The notes under the pieces were generated by a model. It saw only the letters and a list, made by a program, of their open reading frames with translations. It did not search any database and had not been told where the DNA came from. A stretch of DNA of 64,000 nt from Chrysomallon squamiferum. Lineage: Eukaryota; Animalia; Mollusca. The DNA is taken from the NCBI GenBank assembly GCA_012295275.1, contig CM022672.1:29636001-29700000 (forward strand), read 5' to 3'. Every line of letters begins with the position of its first letter. Position 1 is the first letter of the stretch. Position numbers and translations under genes: made by a program. Positions 14,547 through 27,232 of the stretch are shown here, one piece after another.

Positions 14547-14615
14547 GCAGCCAAAAAGAAACAACAACAGCAGCCAAAAAGAAACAACGACAGCAGCCAA
14601 GAGCAGAACAACCAG
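14547..14615. repeat. Three tandem copies of a 23-nt unit
   Basis: gcagccaaaaagaaacaacaaca / gcagccaaaaagaaacaacgaca / gcagccaagagcagaacaaccag. Confidence 0.8.
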
Positions 14616-14789
14616 TACGGCAAACAACACGGACCCGGTGATGGCTGAGAGATTGTGCCGGAGATCACGGGGGGCGAATTGCGGCTGCGAAACATCCGTA
14701 CCGACTCGTTACGATCCGATATGCTGGACACTCCCTTGTGTCCTGCAATCGTGGCGAGAACCCATTCTTTTCCCTACCCAAAACTCTTT

Positions 14790-14839
14790 TCTGCGACGGA
14801 CACGCCCGCTGGCCTGTCAGAAAGCGTGTCCGTCGCAGA
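14790..14839. repeat. Perfect 16-bp GC-rich inverted repeat with an 18-nt loop
   Basis: TCTGCGACGGACACGC (14790-14805) and GCGTGTCCGTCGCAGA (14824-14839). Confidence 0.95.
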
Positions 14840-14845
14840 CGTGCT

Positions 14846-14868
14846 TCACAACAGCTTGCTCTGATTAG
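14846..14868 (+). promoter_or_regulatory. snRNA proximal sequence element (PSE)-like site
   Basis: TCACAACAGCTTG starts at -60 from the U1 start. Both the position and the TCAC start fit metazoan PSEs. Confidence 0.45.
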
Positions 14869-14905
14869 CACGTTAATTTTTTTCCTATCCTATCCTAGTT
14901 CAAGC

Positions 14906-15070
14906 ATACTTACCTGGTACGGGAGGTTACCATGATCCACAAGGTGGTCCTCCCAGGGCGAGGCCTTTCCATTGCACTCCGGTTGGGCTGACCCGTGCGA
15001 TCGCCCCAAATGCGGGCGACTCGAGTACGTAATTTTTTAGTGTGGGGGTCTGCGTTCGCGCTTACCCCTG
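14906..15070 (+). ncRNA. U1: U1 spliceosomal snRNA, full length (165 nt), variant
   Basis: 5' end ATACTTACCTGG; stem-loop I GGGAGG..ACCAT/GTGGT.CCTCCC; U1A loop ATTGCACTCC; stem III with CAAAT loop; U-rich Sm site; terminal GGGG..GCGTTCGCGC..CCCC hairpin. Confidence 0.97.
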
Positions 15071-15090
15071 AAAATTCAAAACAAAAAACA

Positions 15091-15104
15091 GTTTCTTAAA
15101 AACC
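15091..15104 (+). terminator. snRNA 3' box-like element
   Basis: GTTTCTTAAAAAC lies 20 nt downstream of U1 and resembles GTTT-N0-3-AAAR. Confidence 0.45.
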
Positions 15105-15411
15105 TCTCAAAATGCTCGTACTGCAAAACGTCTTTCTCTCATTCACTTAGATATTAACAATGCAATACTGCTGTAACATGAAATTTTAGCTGCCTTCAGT
15201 TTAGAGAAATGCTCTAAATAACTTCGTCAACGATAAATGGAAAGGAAAGCCTGCGTTTTGCCTTTACCATCAACTCTGTAGATTACCTTGTATTGTTCGT
15301 GTAAACTCGCCCAACTTCCAGACTGATAGCTTTAACTGTGACGTCAAATCTCATGTCAACAGTTTAATTTTTGTCGACTTTCCGTAATTAGATAGGAAAC
15401 GTTTTCTGGAA

Positions 15412-16142
15412 TGTACACAAAATTGATTATTGTACGATTGTTTAAACATTTCAGTTAATTTTCTGTAAACTGCAGCGAACATATCTCAAGAAAAAAAAAG
15501 AAAAATACAACACGAAAAACAAAAAAACCAAGAAGAAAAGAACAGGATAAAATCAGAAACGCCACTAATAAATCCAATCAAAACAATACATACAGATTCT
15601 TTGAAAATGACAGCATATATTGCAAACTTATAATAACCCTCTGAGGAAAAAGGAAAAAAATATGGAGGCCTTGCATTTTGCCATGAAGACCTCTAAAGCG
15701 AACAGAATGACGCATACACCTGAGAATACAACATACATTGGTAGAATCCCTGATATCTGTTCTTTATTCGGTTGTTAGTTATTTGTGAAACATCGTACGA
15801 TAATTTGGCTGGCAGTTTCTGAAATAATAAATAAAAATGACTGAGATAAAATTATGTCAACCAGTTAAAATATTAATTTTACACATATTTTCTGTTTTCT
15901 GTGACAAGGTACGACTTTACATATCATATTATCTCTTAATTTTCCGACTTCCATAAAACATAACAATTATTTTCCATAAATCGATAAGTTTGAACAATAT
16001 TTTGAAAATATTGAAAAGACTTCAACAGACTTATTTATTTGTACATAAATATATAATGTGAAATTAACATTTGAATTGTTTATTAAGGAACATAAAATTA
16101 GATAAATAAAGATTATTTATAATTTGCATTATACACCAAATA
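15412..16142 (-). pseudogene. Orphan PTP gene fragment containing the KNRY exon (15737-15818)
   Basis: tttcag|KLPAKLSYDVSQITNNRIKNRYQGFYQ|gtatgt. 15625-16142 is a direct copy of about 62295-62808, and 15412-15567 is an inverted copy of about 7165-7315. Confidence 0.88.
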
Positions 16143-17474
16143 TCTGTTTTCAAATTTGACAGTTGACTGAAAACATAAACAATTCACAATCCTATCGGCG
16201 ACGCCATTTGTGGCCGGGTGCGTACAGCACCCTCACACAAAAACTACACAAGTTCGATTTCGATTACATCTTTAATTTCTCTGCCTGACTGTACAACATG
16301 ATAGACAATAGTATCACATCATAAATGATAATATCTTAGTTATACTGCAGAGAACAGGCCCAAACGTCTTCCTCCCTTGCCAGAACTTCTCTCTTCTCTC
16401 TTGAACTCTTTCACCACGCTCAAACAGGTAACATCTCACACCCCTGACCAATACTGGCAGACCATTAATGTCCTGGGTTCCTTACGATAGCACCAGTGAC
16501 AGTGTTTACCATATATTAATATCCCAAGTGTCATGGAGGAATTTCCGAAATACTTTACTTGTAAACAAGGTGCAGTAAACCACTGATACATTAATGGTGT
16601 TTATGTGTCTGTAGATTATCTTGGTGCTTTTAATTCTGCTGGGAAGGTGTTTCTTCCACCTGGGCCTCTTTCCCAACTCACTATATAAATTAATATGAAC
16701 CGGTGTGGATTAATATAATTACAGTGTTGCCTCAAAAATGACATGATGCGTTTTCACGTGCATGCGGAAATAGGATAACAAAATATTCTTTATTACAAAT
16801 GACCCATCTATTATAAACGGACCAGTACGACACTGAATATCTAACTTTTATCAACATATCAGGATGAAAATATTGTAAAACTGTCGCTAGTGTCAAAAAA
16901 GAACAGAACTCTGTAGCTGTTAATCTAGTCTATAACAATATAGGATGTTTCTTGTCTAATGTTAAACTGTCAAAACATTCTCCTCAATTTGAACATCGAA
17001 AAGAAAACACATACCTTGCTTAATTCTTCTATCATCGGTTTAAATTGTAAACACTTCACAGGGAAACTTTCATCTAAAATCATTATTTAGTTCCGGTTTA
17101 TTTTTTATTTTGTTTTATATACATATTTTTTATCTTTCTTTGTTTTCTTTCCTTTTCTTTTTTTTTTCTTTAAATAAATAAAAAATAAATAAAATAAAAT
17201 AAATAAATAAATAAATAAATAAAATAAAATAAAATTACGGTGGGATCTACCTTTTCACATTTCAAAAATTCCATTGCGGTACAGAGGAAATAAAATGTCT
17301 TGGTTATATTTAACAGAAGATTATTCTTTTTGCTCATCTAAAATACGCTACAATGAAGGCCTTAAAGGGTGTCATAAATTTAAAAGTCGATTTTCTGATA
17401 TTTTCGAAACATCTTTATTGTTTGTTTCAATACTTTGGCCGTATAAACCACCGAAGATTTGGATTTGGTGCACT

Positions 17475-17534
<60 letters not shown>

Positions 17535-18299
17535 CAAAATCCTAGAAATGCATTGATATATCAGAAATGTTCATGGAAATTCGAGTCAGGTATCGTCACC
17601 ACATTTCTATTTATACAGGCGGATAACGGGATGAGAATTATGTGGCATGTACCACAGATTTTGCAATGAACACTGACATGTCCATCAGACTGCCTGAGTT
17701 TGCATGTATATTTACTGACGAGTTTTTGGCAATCTTTGGTCCTAGAACAAATTGAAAACGCATCTTCCTCCAAATACACTATTTTTTAACGACTCATTTT
17801 CGTATCTCCACGCTTTAAAATACTGCAACATACCTTAATTGAGACTGTCATTAAAACAAACAAAAAAAAGTTTATATTTTTAAATATTGTCAGTAAGGTC
17901 ATTATTTTTGTTGTGTACCCAGCAAGGGGGGCATGTTTTATGTGATGGGCTGGGGATTCTGAAACATTCCAAAAAAAAAAAAAAAAAAAAAAATGAAAAT
18001 GATTATAATTCATTGCTCACAATTTTGGACATTGCTATCTGTTCGCTGGGGCTTGCCGACATATGCACTGCGCCAACAAACCAAACTGTAAAGCCGGCAT
18101 CCAGTCCAGCTCAAATATCATTCACACCATGTGGATATCAATTTTATTTATTTATTTAAGTCTGTTTTGTATTTGCCACGTACTAGGGTTGGTGTAGCGT
18201 TAAATAAAACAAAATCAGTCTTATCACATATTTGAAAAGAATAAGGTCTTTAGAATAATTCAATAAGACCTGGTATCATTGGTAAATAAATAAAACACT

Positions 18300-18935
18300 A
18301 AACATGGAATATTAAAGTGTGAAATATTTTAGATGTGGAATATTAAACATGAGACAAATTAAACATGGAAAAGACTGAAGAGTTGTATGACAGTTATAAA
18401 TTATATTTAAAAACTTGCAACAGTTAATATGAAATATTAAAATTAAACATTGTACGATCTCATCATTATACAGAAACATACTATTAAATATTAAAAGTAG
18501 CTAAATATATAGCTGGTAATATGATCTGACTGAAATATTTAACAGTATTAAAATAACAATTTATATTACAAAACTGTTTTCTTAATATATGAGAGACAAT
18601 ATGTAAACATTTAAACATAAAAATGATAAATAGTAAAATTTAGGAACAGTTTTCTGATTATAAAATTCAAGCTCTAACATAAATATTTAAATTTTTAACA
18701 AATTAAGTTATATCCTGACTAAAACTAACTTATTTGTCTGTGATTTGAAATTTTACAAATACTAGAAGCAAATTAATATTACTTGTGTGACCAAACTTGT
18801 ACTAACCTAATGTTTTTGTAATGTTGTCCAGTGACAGTCAGGTCTTTTTATCTGACACACAACAGCTGGTCAAAGTCTCTTCTCAGACAGTGAAATGTTA
18901 TTTTACAGTCAGGAAGACCTATGAGATGTCGGCAA
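18300..18935. repeat. Left arm of an approximately 600-bp inverted repeat pairing with 23700-24290
   Basis: Core 18847-18920 matches the reverse complement of 23716-23789 at 73/74 nt. The outer arm is alignable but clearly more diverged. Confidence 0.85.
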
Positions 18936-19839
18936 ATTTCAGTAGAAAAAAGAAAAAAAAAAAGAAAAATAGATCAATTTTATATTTCAATTCTACAAAA
19001 CATTTTATAAAAAAATAATATTCATATCTTTTAAAGACTAAACAAAATTATATAAATGAATTGTCAAACTAATGGTACAAACAAAACAAATTTCTGAGGA
19101 TAGAAAAGATTATATAAGACAGCTTAGGTTTCAAAATCCCCTCAAAAGACCAAATACTTGAACATCATGATGACAGAAGAATTTCTATTAACACAAAACA
19201 ACACTAAATACAAAAAATTACACACTATCAACAATTATACATATCCCAAATGATAATCACTCCAACAGTGGCCTTTCCATTGTTCAAAGGAACACTAAGT
19301 CTTCACTCCACATATCGTGGAGAGGAACAATTCCTGGCCACCAAAAAACATACACCTGACAAAATATGCAGACTAGAAACCTGGATAAAACATGCAAAGC
19401 AATAAAATAGTTAAGAAGTTTAACATTTTGGATATCAGTGTAACTATGTAAACAGAATCCACAATATATAAGAAGGAATTACCACACTCATTTACACTGA
19501 TAAAGGAAAGAAATGATGTCTTGCGCCTTACCTAACTACTTTTTCAACTTAATCAAACTATTCAAATTAGATTATATTATGAAAATGCGTGCATAATAAA
19601 CTAAAATTATAATTTGTTATAAGATTTATCTGTTAACTTTTCTAGTTGGCAATGTCCCCGTATCAGAACCCAACAGAAAAGTACATTCAAATAAATAAAA
19701 CTAATTATTTTATTAAATTATTACATACAGTTTCTTGATCCATAAACCTTGGTTAGTATTAGGTCCTATAGTCTGAAAGTAAGTAGTTTTTTTTTTTTTG
19801 ATTTTTAAAAAAAAAGACATCTGAAACAAATATATATTC

Positions 19840-20231
19840 GATTATTGATTAGTTTAATAAGCTGATCCACCAATTAATCAGCTGATCCATCAGTGCATCA
19901 ATCAGCTAGTCAAACAATAATCTACTAATTAATTAATTCGTTTATCTAATTATTTTGTACTGCTGTATTTGCTTATTTAATTTTAATTGTTGTGTGATTG
20001 TGTTATTATATACTATGTTTTTGAATTTATTTAATCAAATATTTGTGTATCTACTGTTACTGCAGCAAAGACTGTTTCTTTGTTTTTCATTGTTGGTGTC
20101 AAGATGTTTTTTAGATGGGAATTTGATTTTAAATTCATCGAGGGTGTCATTCTGTTGGGGGTTGTGTTTATTGTGCATTAGGATTTGATTGTGATTTGAC
20201 TGGTGGAGTACTTATATCTGTTTATGTATAA

Positions 20232-20273
<42 letters not shown>

Positions 20274-21890
20274 CTGACAAAGTACTTTAGACTTACAGAC
20301 ATTTACTTTGGTATCAGTAGTGTGACAAAACAAAAATTTGAAAAGAAAAATGAAAAGAAAATGGATAAATATTATTTCAAAGAAAGAGTTATAATTCTAC
20401 TGAAGAAGAAAAATACAATAATATTTTATTATTATAAAAGATAAACATTTTACTAAATTAATATTAATATTAATATTAAATAAATAACTGATTCAATTTT
20501 TATTTTCACATCGTTTGTCAGGTCAGTTTGGCATCTGGCAGGTCACATGTCCTCAGCTGACAGAAGAATTTACAAGTCTTCTAGTGACAGATCTACAGTT
20601 TCACAGTGACTCCACAAAAGTTGCCTGTTTACTAAACAACATCAAACTTTGTGTATATCTTTGACTGGCTTTTCTGTGTTCAGGAGTTTCTACTCACTGA
20701 TGCAGAGAATTTTGTTTGAACCTGTTAAAAAACGTAAACAAATGTCCACATTTAATCATATTATATTAAATAGGTCAAGTATAATTAATCATGTTTCTTC
20801 TGGCAGGTTTTTGCATTATTGTGTACCTTATTTATGAGGTCCTGTTTTTAGTGGTATATTGAAGTGAAGATTATATTTCTATCTTCAATGTTTTTTAACT
20901 TTGATTCACGTGTCTTTCAGTGATCAATTATAGTTGATGTTATTGCAAAACTCTTTTCAGTGTTATTGCAAAACTCTTTTCAATGTTCTTGTTATGCAGG
21001 AAGAATTAGTTTTTCTAGTCCCTATGTAGATATTTGTTATTTTTCATATGTGGAAGGATTTTTATCTTTTTTTATATTGTCTTCCAAATTTATTTATTTA
21101 TGACATATAGTGGATATTTTGGTTTTAGGTATGTATTTACTGGCAAGTGAGTCTATCATGTTGGTAAGTGCTGTGCAGTATGTGTCAATGTTGTTTGTGT
21201 TTTTGATTTTTATATTTGTGCAGTCTTTGTAGAATCTTTTCCAGTTTGCTTTGTTAAAATTACATTTGGGTGTAAAAACTGAGATCTCAGAGATGGTTTT
21301 CTTGCTATTGTAATTGGTAAATATGGGGTGATGGTCACTATTCAATTCATTTAGGATTTCACATTGACTCAGTGCTGCAATGTGTTTGTGGTTATTGTTA
21401 AATCAGTGGTGGTCTGGACAAGTTGATGTTATCAATGAAATTTTCTAAGTCAGTTCCTGGATTGTTGTTTATTGTGTCACCCTCATAATGTAATATGTTA
21501 ATTGAAATCTCCAACCCTGATTAGTTTATTGTTAGTTTTCATAATTTGTAAGTTTTGGTTTTCTGCAGCCTGTGAGTATGGGTAACACAGGTATTAATTA
21601 TGTCGATATGTTGGTTGTTTATATGTCTAATGATGTTTAATAGTTTGATGTTAGCATGGACTTTGCTCTGGGTCAGTTTAGGATATGGTATGTCGTGTTT
21701 ATTGTGTGAGATGTATATATACTGTTGACAGTATGTGGTGTTTTGTCAGTCTTATCTATTACACTGTTTGTTTTTCTCTCAAGTTGTGACATCTGTGTGT
21801 AAAGGTTTTTATGGCTTTTGGTTTCTTTATTCAGAAATAGTTTTGATATTGAAATCAAAACCAGGAAATATATTTTTTTCATTTAGCCAC
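19840..21890 (-). mobile_element. Old fragmented I-group LINE (endonuclease, linker, 3' end), related to 11081-14518
   Basis: SDHHPI...FNKANWKRFYKDC...IDTYCTALTN aligns with FYKAC...IDAYCASLTN at 11081. 20740-20860 resembles the GPDKISY..LP segment, and 19840-20160 resembles the 3' tail. Confidence 0.75.
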
Positions 21891-21908
21891 TGTTATTTTT
21901 GGTTTCAG

Positions 21909-22130
21909 ACTGAAGCCAACTGAGACCAGATTCTTGGAAGATTACAGAAATATGATGAAGCCAGTGACTCAGACCCTTGATATACTGCAGCAGAGAAACC
22001 AAACATGGGATATCTTGACCCAGTAATTACCATCCTGTAGCAAAAATGTCATTAACACTGGACTACACATAGTCCACAATAGCTTCAAAACAAGTGCTAA
22101 TGACACTGGATGGGAGATATCTTCCTTCCT
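21909..22130 (+). mobile_element. hAT-like transposase exon remnant
   Basis: tttcag|LKPTETRFLEDYRNMMKPVTQTLDILQ, frameshift, EKPNMGYLDPVITIL*. Resembles the hAT segment FL.EY..VM.P.A.ALDILQGE...MGYLLP (recognised from memory). Confidence 0.5.
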
Positions 22131-23699
22131 TTAATGATTCCCCAGGAAGGAGAGAAGTCTCTGAGAAAGTTAATATAGCCATTTAAGTTTATTAGTCACA
22201 GGTAGTTGAAAAATGTCCCAATGTGTGAATGAATATTATTGTTTTGGGGTTTGTATTTATGTTATTTCTTTATTTTCATTTTTTTTTTCTTTTTCAACTA
22301 ATTATTTTTATTTTTTTTTTTTTTTTTTTATTTATTTATTTATTTATGTATTTTTTATTGTTTTATGTCTACAATATATATTTTTAATTTTATTATTTTA
22401 TTACATATTGTTTTTTCTTTGTTCTTTGTCACAAATTAAAATGTATTATACTATAGCTTAATTGCTTCCACTGTCATGTGTATGTACCACATGTTTTCCT
22501 CTGTGCTTGTGAAATAACTATTTTGTTTCTCTTTCTAATTTTGCTTTTGGGTGTATTTTCTTTTCTTCTTTTTTTAATGTTAATATTATAAAATTATTAT
22601 TATCATTATTATCATTATTATTACTATTACTTTTACTTATTTATTTATTTATTTTTTAATTTTTAATTTTTTTTTTTTTTTTTTTCCCACAGTGACAGGT
22701 TTTATTGATATTTAGTGAATTTTCTTAAAACAGTTGAATACTCAGTGTTTTAAACAATCCAGTTCATTGCTTCTGGATTAGAAATTCATTTTATTTCTTG
22801 TTATTCTATGAGTGTTTTTAATATTTATTTTACTGATTAGAAAACAGATCTATATTTAGTTCTGAAATTAGTTTAATATAATTAATTTTATGCCCCCAAA
22901 ATAAAACTTTTTATTAATAATTTTGAAGAACCTCAAAACAACAACCAAAAATGTTATAATTTATAATCAAGATGGCAATATATTTGAAACATAAAAGAAA
23001 TTTATTCAATTTGCTCAAGTACTTTCCTTTTTTCTTTCTGCCTCCTTAAATTCTTCTGTTCAAAAGTCCACATAATCAGAATTAATCTGTATACACAAAA
23101 GCACTAGAAAAAATAAATAATGAATAATAATAATAATAAATAAATAAATAAATAAATAATGCACAAACAAATATCCACAAAAATCAAAAACAACAAATAA
23201 TTTCTTTATATTATTATTATTATTTTTTAACAGTTACAATATTATTTTATTTTATTATCAAGAATAATTATTTGCATATTTTTACATTAAAATACATAAT
23301 TAAATAATGTAGAGATTGTACAATTATTAAATAATATTCTTCTAGATATATTTTTATATATCATCGCCAATAACAGTTATCTATATAACAGATTAACATT
23401 TTCATGCACATGAATTATTAAAACAAAACTTTATTACAAATACTTGAAACATAGTAATTAATAAAAAATAATATTATCGTTGTTAACTAAAATCTCCATT
23501 GATTTTATTCATGATAATGCTTGCTTTTAAATAGTTTAGATATAAAATATGTAAATAATTATTATTAGTAATTAATGAGATAAAAATAATAATATCTATG
23601 TTACCTAAAAATCTCTTTTTAATATTTTAACTTTATTTTATTCATGATAATACTTGGTTTTAAATAGTTTATATATAAACTATGTATATATTACAGAAT

Positions 23700-24290
23700 T
23701 TTGGTAAAACATCTCAGGTCTTCCTGACTGTAAAATAACATTTCACTGTCTGAGAAGAGACTTTGACCAGCTGATGTGTGTCAGATAAACAAATATGGAC
23801 AGGACAGGAGGATTTAATATTGACAAAGTTAGTCCTTTCATACCAGCATGAGATATGTACCAGTATGGAATTTGTTTAATATAATAAACTCTACATAAGT
23901 ATATTTGTAATATAATGCATTACAAAATTTCAAATAGCAGACACACAATATTTGTTAGAACTTTAATTATGTAATCAGAAAACTGTTTCCTTACTTAAGT
24001 GTTTATCATTTTGTGTTTAAGAATTTTGCATTCATATGAAGGAATCTGTTTTGTAATATAAATTCTTATTTTAATTCTGTCTAAAAATTTCAGTAAGAAC
24101 ATGTTACTAGATATATCTTTTGCTAGGTTTTAATATTTTAATTAACACCTCTAAGTTTTTATCTATATTGTATTTTGCAAACATGTTATATAGTTGTTCA
24201 ACTGAGTCTTTTCCCATTTTTATTATTTTGAATATTTAACATTTTCCATTTAATATTTTCCATGTATAATATTTCACATATACATTTACA
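23700..24290. repeat. Right arm of the inverted repeat pairing with 18300-18935
   Basis: Reverse-complement alignment by eye; near-identical core at 23716-23789. Confidence 0.85.
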
Positions 24291-24548
24291 CTATGCAATC
24301 ATTCAGAGGTTAGATATCTTTTTTTTTTTATTTAGTTTTTTTTTCATTTAAAGTTTTTAAAAGTGACAATCCTTGAATATCATAGATAATATGGTTTCTT
24401 TATTTATAAATGTTGATTGTTTTAAAATTAAGCTTTAGAGATGTAATTGTTTTTTTTGTTTTGTCTAAAGAAAATAGCTGAAATCACATTCTTCTCATAT
24501 GTATCAAACATTTTATTTTATTTCTCCTTCTATATATATCTATCTATC

Positions 24549-24585
<37 letters not shown>

Positions 24586-25722
24586 AAGCAATTTAATATA
24601 AATTAAAGTAAAAAAAGTATCAATACATGGTGAAAATAATGAAAAATAAATAGAAAAATTACAGGACTTTATTATTAAATGGTTCATTATTATAGATCAT
24701 TTATTTATTTATTTAGGTTTGTTTTTCTTGTTACTGTCATTATTATGGTTTTTATTTGGTTTATTTAATTCTTTTTTTTTTTTTGTATTATATTATTTAT
24801 TTTTATCATAATGATCATTATTATTATGTTATTATTGTTACTTGATAATTCACTAAACAGTTTATGATTAACCTATTACATATAATTTAAACTAATGATT
24901 AGGATAGAAAGTTAAATATTTAATTCACATAAACAACATTTGTTTTCACACACTTAAACATCAGGGTTAGTGTTAGTGTTTTGGTTAGATATAGGTTTAG
25001 TTCTAGCAGCATATATAGTTTTAATTATCTTTTTATATGAAGAGATTTTTCATATAAGACTTGAAATGTTCGGATAAAATTTACAAAAATCTTTATTTTA
25101 CACACAAATATGAACAAACTGATCCTTTTTATTCCATTCTGTTCTCAGAATATTTTCACATTTTCAGGAAACAGGAAGAGGACTCAGACATTGTAATGGG
25201 ATGCTGGAGCATTAAGGATCAGATCTTCAAACTGCTTTACACTGATATATCATGTATGCTGTGTGTGCAGGATTGCAGTGACCTGACTGGACTTCAAGAA
25301 GTAAACATTTGTTTTATCATGGCTAATTTTTTAATCAGCTGATCTCTATTTTATTTCTTTATTTTATTATTACAGGAATTTAGACTTTATTTTATACACT
25401 GACTGGTTAATAATAATTTTCATAAAATAAGATATTAAAATAGTAAAACAGTATTTTAACTTTTGTTAAAAAACAGCAAATTCTAAAACAAAACTTTACT
25501 AGTGCTTTTGTTTGTTTCATGTGAACAAATTAAGTTTAATGTTAATATTTTCAGGCACCATTTGTTGTAACTGCTCTGTCTAGCTTTTGTGTAACTTTGA
25601 TTAGCCACCTACATCTCAGCATGGTGGTCACACATCACTGCATATGCAGATCTCACAATTCAGAGAAATGATGGAAGAATTCATCATAGTTTTGCTAATC
25701 CAGGACACTGTTACTATTTCAC

Positions 25723-25808
<86 letters not shown>

Positions 25809-26473
25809 GATGTATGTATGTCTGGATATAGATACAGAAACATGTGCATGTACACATACATGCAAATTGGTGATATGGGTGAAATAACAGTATTTTGTAC
25901 TAAAGATAGTTTATATACATTTTTCCTTTTTTTCAAATAACGACATGGAAGTACATTTTGCTCTATTTGTATTCAATGGTCATGGACCACATTTGGCAAA
26001 CTGTCTAGTGGACTTCAGTTATTTCCCTTAAATTATATTTATTAATAATTCACTGGGAGGGAAGGTATTTTATTGATGTACTTTATCAGTTATGTTTATA
26101 AACTTAAGGGTCTGAATAAATAAATCACAAACAAAAAGAATGCTGCCAATTTTTCCAGTTACATCAATTTGAAAAAGAAAAATACTGAGTTTAAAGATAA
26201 GTAATATGTCTTCTTTGTTTCTCTGTGAGACTCAATGGAAATGTTTTAATGAGAAAAACAAATTATCTATTTACATTGTTCAGATAATTGATACAGATTT
26301 GTGGTCATATTACATTTGAAGGCTGGTCACCACTAGATGGTCACATTGAAGATCATGAATAGCTAGCAAAATTCTATTGTTTTATTGCTGGTATTAGAGA
26401 TCGACAATAAACATAAAAATTAATTTAGATAGTTATGATAAACACGTGTTCTGAAAAGATTACAATTTACAAA

Positions 26474-26880
26474 CCTGAGCAACCTGGAGAGGAGATTTGA
26501 GGTACCACTGATTTGAAATAGTAGACTAGGTGTGGTAGGCAACAATTATTTACAAACTTTGATTCAGGGAGAAGAAATATTATCTTCATAGATAAATTAA
26601 ACAGTTCCAGTAGAAGTCTGGCTACTCTGCATCGCTGAGTTAATTGTGGAAAGCTATATTTCAACATATTTCTTAATAATTGATTTTTTTTCAAAACGTC
26701 TATGTCAATGAACAGTAGTGGAACTGTTTTCATATTTTCAATTAAATTCATGGATATTATAAATAAGGAAGTTTTGAAGAAGTAAATTAACATGAGTGCT
26801 CTAGCAGCAAAAAGTCTACGAACCAAAAACTGATTGGCCTCCATGTAACAGAAACACTGTCGTCTATGCTGGCATGGTCT
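26474..26880 (-). other. Exon-like open frame of unknown origin
   Basis: 125-aa ORF of ordinary complexity ending at a CAG|gtttgt donor. No confident family. Confidence 0.3.
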
Positions 26881-27144
26881 ATGTTTGAAGATAAATAAAT
26901 AAATAACATAATTAGCTGATTAAGTTAAAAAAATACAATAAATAAGTGAATAAAATTTAGTTAATTTTACTACTTATGGTACAAGTGTACAATATTTTGT
27001 TAAAGACATGGTTTTATTAGAAACAGAATACTGAGGCATACATGTAGATGTTTAATTTTATGTTTTCTGTTTTTTCTTCTTCTTTCATTTCTCCTTCACA
27101 AAACCTCACTTCTCCCTAATATGTCTAGAGGGAGAAATTATTAC

Positions 27145-27232
<88 letters not shown>

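Noticed and set aside
14547-14615. CRISPR-like array
   Set aside because: The repeats are directly adjacent with no spacers, the context is eukaryotic, and there are no cas genes.
14790-14900. Helitron 3' end (hairpin plus CTAG)
   Set aside because: The nearest CTAG is about 55 nt past the hairpin rather than about 10-15 nt, and no 5' TC end or RepHel remnant was identified.
14488-14935. Several 65-126 aa ORFs upstream of and overlapping U1
   Set aside because: They are by-products of an A-tail, short repeats and a GC-rich promoter, with no protein motifs.
17362-17820. Possible Kolobok-type element bounded by TTAA
   Set aside because: The putative terminal repeats match over only about 6 nt with a mismatch, which is not distinguishable from chance.
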